From positions 124,001 through 188,000 of IMG/VR virus record IMGVR_UViG_3300042391_000634: a stretch of 64,000 bases of DNA; one strand, given 5' to 3'. The notes beneath the pieces were generated by a model. That model saw only the letters and a list, made by a program, of their open reading frames with translations. It searched no databases and was not told where the DNA came from. Positions 45,501 through 54,827 of this stretch are shown here, one piece after another; the stretch's first letter is position 1; the number at the start of each line of letters is the position of its first letter. The position numbers and the translations under genes were made by a program.

Positions 45501-48401
45501 GGGAATGGTTTATTATATCAAATTGATACAAATTTAATTTCATATAACGATACAACTATCGGTATTTTTCCACTTATAATTCCTATTACAGGACATAAAA
45601 ATGTTGGTATTCATCCCTATTATGACGATGTATTTCATAGTATAGTAAATGGTTATAGTTATTATGATTTTGTAACCAGCGGCACAACTGGTTATACCGA
45701 ATCAATATCAAGAGGAGTGTTAAACGTAAAAAATGATGTAAAAACAAGTACTGGAGGAACATTGAATTATTGGACACAATATGTCGATAATTCAAAATTA
45801 GATTCAAAGGATACAAAATTTACATTATTACCATCCGTGGGTGGAAATACTCGTATAGGTGAAAAAAAATCAAAAATAAGTGAATCTACAAGTTCAAATA
45901 ATACTTTTTCAATTGAAGAACAAAATTACTTTAGAATTATATGGGACGATGAATTATTAAATGATAATTTCAGTGGAAAAACATTTAATTCACCTATTGA
46001 ATGTGAAACAACAATATCAGGGAGTTATGGCATAGGTTCAAATTATAAAAAGGTAATGGATTTAATTGCCACATTCAGTCCTCCAATATTAGATGAATTT
46101 GAAAAATATTTTCTAAACTTTGCTTCTGAAAGGTTTAATTTAAACGTATCTGATAAACCGTTTCAAAATGTTGTTTATAGTAATTTTCAAGATTTATTAA
46201 AAGAAATTGTTACGGTAACAAAAAAGACAGACGACACTTCTATACAAGTTCAAGATTTAAAAAATAAACAAAAAACTAATTTAGAGAGTATCACAAATTT
46301 TATTTTATCAAATAATAATTTAATTAAAATTACAATTGGTAATCCTAAGGAAATAGACCCACACGTTTTAGTCGGTTTTATTGGTAAAAATAAAGATAAT
46401 AGTTTTACATATAAACCATACGAAGACCCAACCTCACCACAAAATGAATTGGAAAGAAGAAATTTAATAAAATTATATTTAGGTGTAGAACCTGAAAATT
46501 TTTCAGGATCAACAAATGGTTGTTATGAAGATTTTTTTATTGATAACGATGTTGAATTTAGTGAAGAAAATTTATTAATTTTTAGACCCATTATTTATAT
46601 TTATGCTGGATTTAAAAAACTTAATTTAACAAATAAATTATTTAAAGACTATCTTAATGAAAAAATTTTTACAGAACCAGGAAGGGCAGATGAAAGATTG
46701 GATAGATTTTTACAAGAATTGACATTAAGATTTAAAGAGTTTAATTTTGAACAAGACCAAACAAAAATTGATTTTTTTGATGGTTATAATAACAAACCAT
46801 TAAAGGTTGAATTATATAATTTCTTTAAGTCCATGAATGATAAATGGATAGCGGGAAACTCAATTGGACAGAAATCGTTATTAGAGGAATTCTTATTCTT
46901 AGATAAAGCAAATAAGGATATTGGTAATGATTATTATTTTGATATTACAAGGTTAAAAAGTTTGGGTGACCCCAAAAACGTAAAACAAAGTTTATATGGT
47001 TCCATATCTGTTTTATTACAAGGAACTGGATTTGATATAAGAGCACTCCCATCCTATATAAATTTCTACGGAACCAACTTTTCAAACACACCAAAGTTAA
47101 CTCCGTCTAAAAAAATTGCTCAGAATTTATTCGGAACATTTTTAGAGGTCGATTATCAAGAGTCATCACCTAAAATTATTATACAGTATGTTGGTAAAAA
47201 TTCAACACGTCCAGATATGCAAGACAACAGTAAGTATAAATTTACTGATGATAGTTTTAATATTGGAAATGTTAATAATAACCCAATTATGATAACATTA
47301 CCTAAAGTTTTTAAAACGGGTGATTTAGCTAAAACAAATAAAGTTGTTGCATTTGAGGTTAGTTTTGGTGACCAAAATCAAAGTATATTTAAAGGTGTTA
47401 CATTAGACCAAGCAACAATAAAAAATACAAGTGAATCTTTTTACGTATTAGAAAATTTGGCAAGGTCTGAATCAGGTTCAGCATCACATAATGTGGATAT
47501 TGGTTTATATGATTATTATAGACAAGCGGCATATTCATGTGATGTAACATGTATGGGTAATTCAATGATTCAACCAACAATGTATTTTTATCTTAAGAAT
47601 ATTCCAATGTTTAAAGGAACATATTGGATTACTGAAGTTTCACATTCAATTAGAAATGGTTCTATGACAACAACATTTAAAGGGTCAAGAATGCCATACA
47701 CGGCGTTACCTGACTTGAAAGATTCATTTATGTCAAGTTATAGAACGTTATTTGACAAAATACAACAAAAGGCGGTTAATAGAATTAATGGTTCGGATAA
47801 GGTAACAACAACAAGTCAACAACTTACAACATCCAATGGAACATTCACATATGATCTTGGTGACCCTAAATATCATGTTAATGGTGAGGTAACCACAACG
47901 GAGGCCGATATTACAAAGTCAGGTATTCCATATAATGGTTTTAATAATTCTAGATATATTACACAAGTAACACATCCATCGGGTACGTGGTTAAGAGCAC
48001 AAGCGGTTACTATGGGTGAAAAAAACTATATGTTAAATAACGATTCAGTTATGTCAATTATATCAAAATCAACCTCTCAAGCAAAACCAACTGTAACATG
48101 GGAGACCGCTTTTAAATATACTAACGAATATCAATTCTATACAACTAAATTCGTAATGGATAAGATTAGTGTCTCTGGAACTACAACAACATTTTTTAAC
48201 CCAAAAACAAATGGTAAAACAGTAAAAGTGGAGACTGTATTTGATGTCGATAGAAGTAATAACCCAACAATTCCTCAAAAATTCTCAGGACCTATTGATG
48301 TAATGAAAGAAACGGAACCATATGGAATTGCGTTATCAAGTAAATTAATGAGAGATTTAAAATTGGAAGAGGGTCATATAGTATACTTTAAAATTGAATA
48401 A
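42558..48401 (+). CDS. Very large baseplate hub protein (gp27/gpD-like)
   Basis: 1947 aa; hub-type C-terminal segment CDVTCMGNSMIQPTMYFYLKNIPMFKGTYWITEVSHSI...TTFKGSR; follows the gp53-like gene. Confidence 0.6.
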   Translation: MVKNNVSNSEDIHVKVDQNNLIYIDPNSTIDNQGNISPRNIKAEKLVMYVNLEADIISRSTLTSNTDSNTLTSIASGTLNFLKNGDGQDYDTSWTNAFLNTQEKKDGKGNPTGEFYQSDKSGQTFGINDIKIDIKGFNAIPTITINFLDVRGKTLFESPENSPYQAFFHIPWPIFYLTVKGFYGKAIKYRLHLVKFSSKFNESNGNFEVNTSFVGSTYAWLSDIPLQGILNAPYLFPSESVKSDKTNTITLKELETIKKSSRGYEILKTVYNEYKLKGLIPNDFPIKTLREVLTIGESLDSLLEKQIFDQVVDMRLFAAMKEFGQNIDDFEKSIRGWAKERLETNPVPSMMEPNPTDPLNPIQWYYVNEKDKIKDGRLYISGLEEGRLERLFNLYIGKEGKITKSQLFAENLIKEGQPTMINNTGSSFTKGGLKVSTIGDVNLYVKEDDDKKVVVKIDELINGIREIRKNFQQQRDKLEKDVEKKMNEIVRNKKNGFGFEPTIRNLFAVILSNAEVLIRIMKDVHNKAFDQADTRKKIVGNFSKESKGESIYPWPELKATVLNKENIIIYPGDPDFQTLLGSDNSVRWPEVAFLESYIGIATNKVDPLAEKESGNSKITNQPENDVDIKKIKKISTSNAISSIIPYVNKEPDSFLYEIYERAFNSTLIDSFNAYSIKQLVDVEFNNISESVKNEGSLRKILKENVTSKTTLINQLNKLSPFEKYAYYKDNLPTTNYLKAFYEVQSFNIEQYQISNDYNDKKSFELLDTELQNYIPETYRKNIYPFSSNTYLNYIETGRTSIDDNLLDCKNFLNIDTTQGFISGKIDPKFWVKNSGATVNLFSQKFNVVDTSTNILNTPYFHKQLFSDFNDITINSSYGKYAGSAYLLLNSLPFVGLDEIKTENVNKVLVSSLFREIGSSQYVPYHLMLKWGSIYHRYKKYLTEGKDILGDHYDGLGNLTKEGCITTGFTTNTIDGSTFFDNGNGLLYQIDTNLISYNDTTIGIFPLIIPITGHKNVGIHPYYDDVFHSIVNGYSYYDFVTSGTTGYTESISRGVLNVKNDVKTSTGGTLNYWTQYVDNSKLDSKDTKFTLLPSVGGNTRIGEKKSKISESTSSNNTFSIEEQNYFRIIWDDELLNDNFSGKTFNSPIECETTISGSYGIGSNYKKVMDLIATFSPPILDEFEKYFLNFASERFNLNVSDKPFQNVVYSNFQDLLKEIVTVTKKTDDTSIQVQDLKNKQKTNLESITNFILSNNNLIKITIGNPKEIDPHVLVGFIGKNKDNSFTYKPYEDPTSPQNELERRNLIKLYLGVEPENFSGSTNGCYEDFFIDNDVEFSEENLLIFRPIIYIYAGFKKLNLTNKLFKDYLNEKIFTEPGRADERLDRFLQELTLRFKEFNFEQDQTKIDFFDGYNNKPLKVELYNFFKSMNDKWIAGNSIGQKSLLEEFLFLDKANKDIGNDYYFDITRLKSLGDPKNVKQSLYGSISVLLQGTGFDIRALPSYINFYGTNFSNTPKLTPSKKIAQNLFGTFLEVDYQESSPKIIIQYVGKNSTRPDMQDNSKYKFTDDSFNIGNVNNNPIMITLPKVFKTGDLAKTNKVVAFEVSFGDQNQSIFKGVTLDQATIKNTSESFYVLENLARSESGSASHNVDIGLYDYYRQAAYSCDVTCMGNSMIQPTMYFYLKNIPMFKGTYWITEVSHSIRNGSMTTTFKGSRMPYTALPDLKDSFMSSYRTLFDKIQQKAVNRINGSDKVTTTSQQLTTSNGTFTYDLGDPKYHVNGEVTTTEADITKSGIPYNGFNNSRYITQVTHPSGTWLRAQAVTMGEKNYMLNNDSVMSIISKSTSQAKPTVTWETAFKYTNEYQFYTTKFVMDKISVSGTTTTFFNPKTNGKTVKVETVFDVDRSNNPTIPQKFSGPIDVMKETEPYGIALSSKLMRDLKLEEGHIVYFKIE

Positions 48402-48450
48402 TAAGAATATTAATAAAAGTTGGGATATTTATACATATAAAACAAATATT

Positions 48451-48654
48451 ATGGAAAATAATAGATTAAATGATACCATGGATCAGTTTTTAAACCCTAA
48501 AAAAGTTAAAAACGTATCTAATGACGGTATGGAAAGAGAAGAATGTGATATAGTAACAGGAGAATGTTACACAATCAGAGAAAAAGACGGAATCGTTGAA
48601 AGAATAAATAAAAAATACGTTACAAACGACGGTAGACAATTATTACAAGATTAA
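48451..48654 (+). CDS. Hypothetical small protein
   Basis: The ORF track starts at 48394, but a TATTTAT box at 48426-48432 favours the ATG at 48451; EECDIVTGEC motif. Confidence 0.55.
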   Translation: MENNRLNDTMDQFLNPKKVKNVSNDGMEREECDIVTGECYTIREKDGIVERINKKYVTNDGRQLLQD

Positions 48655-48658
48655 TACT

Positions 48659-49336
48659 ATGTTAGAGAAAAAATTATTAGAAGAAGTTAAACGTTTTAAT
48701 GCTATCAACAAGTATAGTAAGAAAATGATTACAGAGCAAGATGCTCCACCACCTGCACCAATAGATGCACCAATAGACGCACCGACAGATGTACCAACGG
48801 ATGTTCCACCACCGCCACCAGCGGGAGATATGGGAGCACCAATGGACACCCCACCACCGGCAGGTGATATGGGAACTCCTCCAATGGATGAAGCAGGTAT
48901 GGGAGGAGATACAGAAGAAATTGATATTACAGATTTAGTTAACATGACTAAGAATATCAAAAACGATCTTGAAAATAATAAACAAGACAATTCTGCGGTT
49001 ATTAATAAAATGGATGACGTATTCACTAAATTAAATGACTTAGAAGGTAAGTTGGCTCAAATGGACCAAGTAATGGCTAAGATAGACCAATTGGGAGCGT
49101 CGGTTGAAGCTAACAAACCTAAAAGTGAAGTTGAAAAACTTGAAATGAGATCTTTAGATTCCTATCCGTTTAATGAAAAACCACAAGAATTCTTTGCACA
49201 CAAACAAGGTGAAATGAGAGCTAGTGGTAAGAACGAATATGTATTAACTAAGGATGATGTTGAGAACTATGCACCTGATGCGTTAAGAAGTTCATTTAAC
49301 CCAAACGAAGACCAAAAAGATGAATATAGCTTCTAA
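48659..49336 (+). CDS. Probable head-associated protein with Pro/Asp-rich repeats and a coiled coil
   Basis: N-terminal LLEEVKRFNAINKY...MITE-QD; DAP/DVP and PPPAGDMG repeats; heptad C-half. Confidence 0.6.
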   Translation: MLEKKLLEEVKRFNAINKYSKKMITEQDAPPPAPIDAPIDAPTDVPTDVPPPPPAGDMGAPMDTPPPAGDMGTPPMDEAGMGGDTEEIDITDLVNMTKNIKNDLENNKQDNSAVINKMDDVFTKLNDLEGKLAQMDQVMAKIDQLGASVEANKPKSEVEKLEMRSLDSYPFNEKPQEFFAHKQGEMRASGKNEYVLTKDDVENYAPDALRSSFNPNEDQKDEYSF

Positions 49337-49691
49337 AATAAAGTTCCTTATGGAACTTCAGGCTCAAGTTAAGATTAACCATTGGCAAACCAAAGGTTAC
49401 GCAAGACATAAAGCCTTTGACAAGTTATATGAAGGATTAGTTGATTTGACAGACACGTTCGCTGAGGCCGCGATGGGTAAGTATGGTAGATTCACATTGG
49501 AGAATGATGATAAGGCACTAAACATTGTGAATTTAACTGAATTGGATTTAAAAGAGATGTTACAAACATCTAAAGAGGCGTTAATCCAATGGAATGATGA
49601 GTTCGATTCAACAGATACGGATATAATGAATATACGTGATGAAATTTTAGGATTATTAAATAAAATAACATATCTATTAACATTAGAATAA
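49320..49691 (+). CDS. Ferritin/Dps-like four-helix protein (DUF5856-like)
   Basis: HWQTKGYARHKAFDKLY...DTFAEAAMG and IRDEILGLLNKITYLLTL. Confidence 0.7.
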   Translation: MNIASKIKFLMELQAQVKINHWQTKGYARHKAFDKLYEGLVDLTDTFAEAAMGKYGRFTLENDDKALNIVNLTELDLKEMLQTSKEALIQWNDEFDSTDTDIMNIRDEILGLLNKITYLLTLE

Positions 49692-49712
49692 AAACAAAAA
49701 AAAATATTTAAG

Positions 49713-49940
49713 ATGCAATCAGGATCAGCAGCAAGAACGGCTTCAAATACGGCAACAGGTTCATTAACATATATTGATGGTTTAATATCGGGAGCAACAG
49801 CTCAAGGACTATATCAAATTAAGTTAGACCCAAGATATGTGAATAGTGCAATAGTAACCACATTAACAAATTATGGTTATAAGGTTCATACTAAGAACGA
49901 TTTTATGGGAACCAATAATGATTATGTTATTAGTTGGTAA
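49713..49940 (+). CDS. Hypothetical small protein
   Basis: 75-aa ORF with an A-rich leader, ending before a terminator. Confidence 0.55.
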   Translation: MQSGSAARTASNTATGSLTYIDGLISGATAQGLYQIKLDPRYVNSAIVTTLTNYGYKVHTKNDFMGTNNDYVISW

Positions 49941-49964
49941 GAAAAAATACTTTTAAAATAAATT

Positions 49965-49993
49965 AACCCAGATTTTACAGTCTGGGTTTTTTT
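49965..49993 (+). terminator. Intrinsic terminator
   Basis: AACCCAGA-TTTTACAG-TCTGGGTT plus a T run. Confidence 0.8.
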
Positions 49994-50040
49994 ATGTATA
50001 TTATAACATAAATGATTATTAAAATTTAAATCAAAATCAC

Positions 50041-50880
50041 ATGTCTACATTTGACGCAGTACTAGCACAGTACGAAAAAAACAAAAACGCCACAAGTGGC
50101 AACAACAAGATATCCTCCGAGGATAGATTAAAACGTTATTTCACAACCGTATTACCTAAGGGTTCTAAGGGTGAAGAAAGACGTATCCGTATATTACCCA
50201 CAAAAGACGGTTCATCTCCATTTGTTGAGGTGAAATTCCACGAAGTTCAAGTGGACGGAAAATGGGTAAAATTATACGACCCAGCACAGGAAGGAAAACG
50301 TTCCCCATTAAATGAAGTTTATGAAGGTTTAATGATGAGTGGTGTGGATTCTGACAAAGAATTAGCACGTAACTATCGTTCTCGTAAATTTTATATCGTA
50401 AAAGTTATCGATCGTGACCACGAAGCGGATGGAGTTAAATTTTGGAGATTTAAACATAATCACAAAGGTGATGGTGTTATTGATAAAATCTTCCCAATCT
50501 TCCGTAACAAAGGTGATGTTACCAATCCTGAAAATGGACGTGACTTAATCTTATCTTTAACCTTAACAAAGGCGGGAACAGGTAAAGAATACACAGTTAT
50601 TAATTCGGTATTAAACGACGACCCAAGTGCATTACATTCTGACGCTAATGTTGCAAAAACATGGTTAGATGATGAATTAACTTGGTCTGATGTTTATTCT
50701 AAAAAGGGCGATGATTATTTGGAAATGGTTGCAAGAGGTGAGGTTCCACGTTGGGACACTGCAAGTAGTAAATGGGTTTCTAATTTAACAACAGAAGAAA
50801 CTATCGGATCACCGAAGTCTTCAACTCCTGTTGTTGACCCACAAGATGACGCAGAAGTGGATGGTGATTTACCATTCTAA
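50041..50880 (+). CDS. gp32: Single-stranded DNA-binding protein (gp32-like)
   Basis: RRIRILP, FHEV, RKFYIVKVIDRD, VKFWRF, GRDLIL; acidic C-tail DDAEVDGDLPF; directly before the recombinase gene. Confidence 0.8.
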   Translation: MSTFDAVLAQYEKNKNATSGNNKISSEDRLKRYFTTVLPKGSKGEERRIRILPTKDGSSPFVEVKFHEVQVDGKWVKLYDPAQEGKRSPLNEVYEGLMMSGVDSDKELARNYRSRKFYIVKVIDRDHEADGVKFWRFKHNHKGDGVIDKIFPIFRNKGDVTNPENGRDLILSLTLTKAGTGKEYTVINSVLNDDPSALHSDANVAKTWLDDELTWSDVYSKKGDDYLEMVARGEVPRWDTASSKWVSNLTTEETIGSPKSSTPVVDPQDDAEVDGDLPF

Positions 50881-50889
50881 TTATTTAAC

Positions 50890-50917
50890 GGGGTGGTGAA
50901 ATATCCACCCCATTTTT
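50890..50917 (+). terminator. Hairpin/intrinsic terminator after the SSB gene
   Basis: GGGGTGG-TGAAATAT-CCACCCC followed by ATTTTT. Confidence 0.7.
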
Positions 50918-50929
50918 AAAAACAAAAAC

Positions 50930-51910
50930 ATGGCAGGTATTAAAAAAACAGATTTCTCGGCTATTAAGAAAAAATACTCGAAAGAGGCAGAATATAAACC
51001 AGATCGTTTCTTTGATTTAGGAGATGCTTTCTTAGACGCTTGTGGTATTCCAGGTCCAGCAATGGGTCATATCAATATGTTGTTAGGACATAGTGATACG
51101 GGTAAAACTACAGCATTAGTTAAAGCGGCAGTAGATGCTCAAAAGAAAGGGGTTGTTCCTGTATTTGTTATTACAGAACAAAAATGGAGTTGGGACCATG
51201 CTGAATTAATGGGTTTTGATAAATCTCAAGATTACCTTTTTAATAGTGATTTTGAGTATATTGAACAAATTACAGAATATATTAATGAGTTATTAGACGC
51301 TCAAGAAAAAGGAGAATTACCTCACGATTTATTAATTCTTTGGGATTCGGTAGGTTCAGTTCCTTGTAAAATGACTTACGATGGTAAAGGTGGTAAACAA
51401 CACAACGCGTCGGTTTTGGCTGACAAAATTGGAATGGGTATCAACCAACGTATATCAGGTTCAAGAAGGACAGATAAACCTTATACGAACACATTAATCA
51501 TTGTTAACCAACCTTGGGTAGAATTACCTGACAATCCTTTTGGACAACCAAAGATTAAAGCAAAAGGTGGAGAAGCAATTTGGTTAAACTCAAGTATAGT
51601 ATTCTTATTTGGTAATCAAAAAGGTGCGGGAACAACAAAAATCTCAATCACTAAAGATAAAAGAAAAGTAAAAATTGCAACAAGAACTAAAATCTCAATT
51701 ATGAAAAACCACATCAATGGTTTAGGATATGAGGATGGACGTATCTTGGTTACATCACACGGATTTATGCCAGGTAGAGAAGACGCTGAAGAGAAGAAAT
51801 CTATCGAAGAGTATAAAAAAGAAAGTGGTGATTACATCAGTAAGATGTTAGGTGTTAATGTTACAGACATTACGGACGTAGAAGTTGTAACAGAAGAAAG
51901 TGATCTTTAA
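50930..51910 (+). CDS. uvsX: RecA/UvsX recombinase
   Basis: Walker A GHSDTGKTT, Walker B ILWDSVGS, IIVNQ, KGGEAI. Confidence 0.9.
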   Translation: MAGIKKTDFSAIKKKYSKEAEYKPDRFFDLGDAFLDACGIPGPAMGHINMLLGHSDTGKTTALVKAAVDAQKKGVVPVFVITEQKWSWDHAELMGFDKSQDYLFNSDFEYIEQITEYINELLDAQEKGELPHDLLILWDSVGSVPCKMTYDGKGGKQHNASVLADKIGMGINQRISGSRRTDKPYTNTLIIVNQPWVELPDNPFGQPKIKAKGGEAIWLNSSIVFLFGNQKGAGTTKISITKDKRKVKIATRTKISIMKNHINGLGYEDGRILVTSHGFMPGREDAEEKKSIEEYKKESGDYISKMLGVNVTDITDVEVVTEESDL

Positions 51911-51919
51911 ATTAAATGA

Positions 51920-52954
51920 ATGTCGGTTTTACTTGTTGATGGTGATAATCTTTTAACAATTGGTTATTACGGAGCGAAGAATGTGTTTTATAGAGGAACA
52001 CATATAGGTGGTATCTACCACTTTCTAAACACCTTAAGAAGGTCTTTCGAGGAATACCAATTAGACAAGATTGTTGTTTTTTGGGATGGTCGAGAAGGGT
52101 CGCAAAATAGAAGAAAGATTTATGCTCATTATAAGGAAAACAGAAGAGAAAGGGTTAGAACAGAAGAGGATTTACAATCTTATTTATATCAGAGAGATAG
52201 GATTAAACAATATCTTGAAGAACTATATGTAAGACAAGGGGAATTTGAGTATTGTGAGACTGATGACAACATCGCTTACTATACTCAAAATTCACCCAAC
52301 GAAAGGAAAATTATTTATTCATCAGACGGGGATTTAATACAACTCGTTTCAGAAAACACACAAGTTTACAATCCTTCACACAGGAAATTATATTCACAAA
52401 ATGATATAATCGTTTACGAACACGAAGAAATTCTCATTGAGAACGTTCGGTTAGTTAAAATGATATGTGGAGATCCATCAGATAACATTGCAGGAATAAG
52501 AGGAATGGGACTTAAAAGATTATTGTCTTTGGTTCCTGAACTAAAAAATCAACCAATTACGGTTGAACAGGTTAAAGATAGATGTAACCTATTATTTGAA
52601 CAAGATAAACACAATAAGTTAATTGCAAATTTTTTAACTGGTGTAACAAAACACGGAGTTCTTGGTGAGGAATTCTTCGACGTAAACAATCGAATTGTAA
52701 GTTTGGATGAACCGTTTTTAACGGATGATGCAAAAGAGGTTATTAACCTATTGATAAGTGAATCGTTGGACCAAGAAGGTAGGTCATATAAAAACGCAAT
52801 GAAAATGATGCAAGAAGATGGACTTTTCACCGTTCTACCAAAATCAGAAGATGCGTGGATTAATTTTTTAAACCCTTTTCTTAGATTAACAAGAAAAGAA
52901 AAAAACATAAACAATAACAAAATAAAAACAATTAAAGTAAGACCCTATGAGTAG
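51920..52954 (+). CDS. rnh: 5'-3' exonuclease/flap endonuclease (T4 RNase H-like)
   Basis: LLVDGDNLL, VFWDG, ETDDNIA, SSDGDLIQL, H3TH motif GDPSDNIAGIRGMG. Confidence 0.9.
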   Translation: MSVLLVDGDNLLTIGYYGAKNVFYRGTHIGGIYHFLNTLRRSFEEYQLDKIVVFWDGREGSQNRRKIYAHYKENRRERVRTEEDLQSYLYQRDRIKQYLEELYVRQGEFEYCETDDNIAYYTQNSPNERKIIYSSDGDLIQLVSENTQVYNPSHRKLYSQNDIIVYEHEEILIENVRLVKMICGDPSDNIAGIRGMGLKRLLSLVPELKNQPITVEQVKDRCNLLFEQDKHNKLIANFLTGVTKHGVLGEEFFDVNNRIVSLDEPFLTDDAKEVINLLISESLDQEGRSYKNAMKMMQEDGLFTVLPKSEDAWINFLNPFLRLTRKEKNINNNKIKTIKVRPYE

Positions 52955-53405
52955 AGATTACCAAAACCAAGATAACATAACTAAATTTGAGTTCTTGTTA
53001 TCATTAGAAGGACACATTGTCTGTCAAAGATTTTTTAACGTTAGAGACCATGTTGAACAAGCTAGACGTTCAATGGATCTTCATTACTACATAAAAAATA
53101 TTTCTGAAGATTTTATGGAAGATTTGAAAATAAAAAGTTCCAACTACCTATGTGAGAATCAAAACTATATCCTCAATTTAGAGGCTGTGGATGATACGGC
53201 AACTTTAGAAAAAGAACATTTTTTATTAGAAATAAAGCTAGGCGAAGATGTATTTATTCAAAGACAGTTTCCCGCATACCTTTACCACCCAAAGGCGAGA
53301 TACACGGTAGATATTCGCCCAAGATTAAAGAGAATTTTGTCAGATTTGACAGACATTTTGTCTTCGGAAGAATTGGAAACAAGTTATTTAGGACACGAAT
53401 TATAA
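52947..53405 (+). CDS. Hypothetical protein in the replication operon
   Basis: 152-aa ORF coupled between the exonuclease and helicase genes. Confidence 0.65.
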   Translation: MSRDYQNQDNITKFEFLLSLEGHIVCQRFFNVRDHVEQARRSMDLHYYIKNISEDFMEDLKIKSSNYLCENQNYILNLEAVDDTATLEKEHFLLEIKLGEDVFIQRQFPAYLYHPKARYTVDIRPRLKRILSDLTDILSSEELETSYLGHEL

Positions 53406-53430
53406 GAAAAACAATATATATAAGAACATT

Positions 53431-54807
53431 ATGGAAGAAAGGAATTTTGGGTATTTGGGGTTTTCGTTTCAACAATCCCTTATCAAAGCAATCATTGAAG
53501 ATAAGAAATACGGAGAAACAATTATTGATGTATTAGAAAGTAAATTTTTTGATAATAACTCATTCAGATTTATTATGGAAAACACGAAGGAGTTGTATCG
53601 TAATTACAACAAAATCCCTGATTACAATACATTGGCTCAGAAAATTATGGCCGAAGGTGGTAATAAAGATTCCTCTAAAATTCACGTCGATACATTAGAA
53701 GCGATTAAAAATAACGAGTCTCAAATTGAATATGTAAAAGACACGGCACTTAATTTCTGTAAACAACAAAACTTAAAAAGAGAGTTAAAAAGTGTGCAGA
53801 GTATTATTGAAAGTGGTGAGTTTGAGGCTTATAATAAAATTGAGGAAATTATACAAAAGGCATTACAAGTTGGTATTTCCAACGATGAGGCAACAGATGT
53901 ATTTCATGATATCGATGGAGCGTTAGAGAAGGATTTTAGACACCCATTACCGACAGGTATTGTGGGAATCGACAACTTACTTAAGGGTGGGTTGGGAATC
54001 GGAGAATTAGGGGTTGTATTAGCACCTACTGGTACTGGTAAAACTACCTTACTTACTAAGTTCGCTAATACCGCATATAACTTAGGTTATAATGTTGTTC
54101 AGATTTTCTTTGAGGACAATCCGGGTAATATTAAAAGAAAACACTATACGATTTGGACTGAAATTGCACCCGACAGCCAACCTGAATTTAAAGAAGAAGT
54201 TAAGGCTAAAGTAGAAGAGGCTCAAGCTAAATCTAAAGGTAGTTTAAAGTTATTAAAATTGGCAAGTGATAATGTTACCGTTTCTGAAATTAAAAATAAA
54301 ATCAGAAAGATGAATTCTGATGGTAATAAAAAAGTTGATTTATTGGTAATAGATTATGTGGATTGTATTTCAACTGATAAATCTTCTAATGGTGAAGAAT
54401 GGAAAGGTGAGGGTTCTATTATGAGAAGTTTAGAATCAATGACCGGTGAATTTGAAATGGCAATATGGACAGCAACACAAGGTAATCGTGAATCAATTTC
54501 AAGTGAAGTTGTTACAGGAGACCAAATGGGTGGTTCAATTAAGAAAGCACAAATTGCTCACGTTATAATATCTATTGGTAAAACATTAGAACAAAAAGAT
54601 CATAATTTGGCAACACTTACATTATTAAAATCACGTATTGGTAGAGATGGTGTTGTATTCCAAAACTGTAAATTTAATAATGAGTTTCTTATTATTGATA
54701 CGGAGTCTCAAAATACATTATTAGGACATGAAGAACAAAAGGTTCAGATAAACGCCAACAGAGCCGCTGAAGCATTTAAGAGAAGACAACAAGTTGCAGG
54801 AAAATAA
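53431..54807 (+). CDS. gp41: Replicative DnaB-like helicase (gp41)
   Basis: LAPTGTGKT, VIDYVD, WTATQGNR, LLKSRIG. Confidence 0.93.
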   Translation: MEERNFGYLGFSFQQSLIKAIIEDKKYGETIIDVLESKFFDNNSFRFIMENTKELYRNYNKIPDYNTLAQKIMAEGGNKDSSKIHVDTLEAIKNNESQIEYVKDTALNFCKQQNLKRELKSVQSIIESGEFEAYNKIEEIIQKALQVGISNDEATDVFHDIDGALEKDFRHPLPTGIVGIDNLLKGGLGIGELGVVLAPTGTGKTTLLTKFANTAYNLGYNVVQIFFEDNPGNIKRKHYTIWTEIAPDSQPEFKEEVKAKVEEAQAKSKGSLKLLKLASDNVTVSEIKNKIRKMNSDGNKKVDLLVIDYVDCISTDKSSNGEEWKGEGSIMRSLESMTGEFEMAIWTATQGNRESISSEVVTGDQMGGSIKKAQIAHVIISIGKTLEQKDHNLATLTLLKSRIGRDGVVFQNCKFNNEFLIIDTESQNTLLGHEEQKVQINANRAAEAFKRRQQVAGK

Positions 54808-54827
54808 AATAAACAAGATATTAAAAA

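Noticed and set aside
50743-50758. Second parS-like half site GTTCCACGT in the SSB gene
   Set aside because: Only the left half matches, it is not palindromic, and it is explained by coding sequence (EVPRW).
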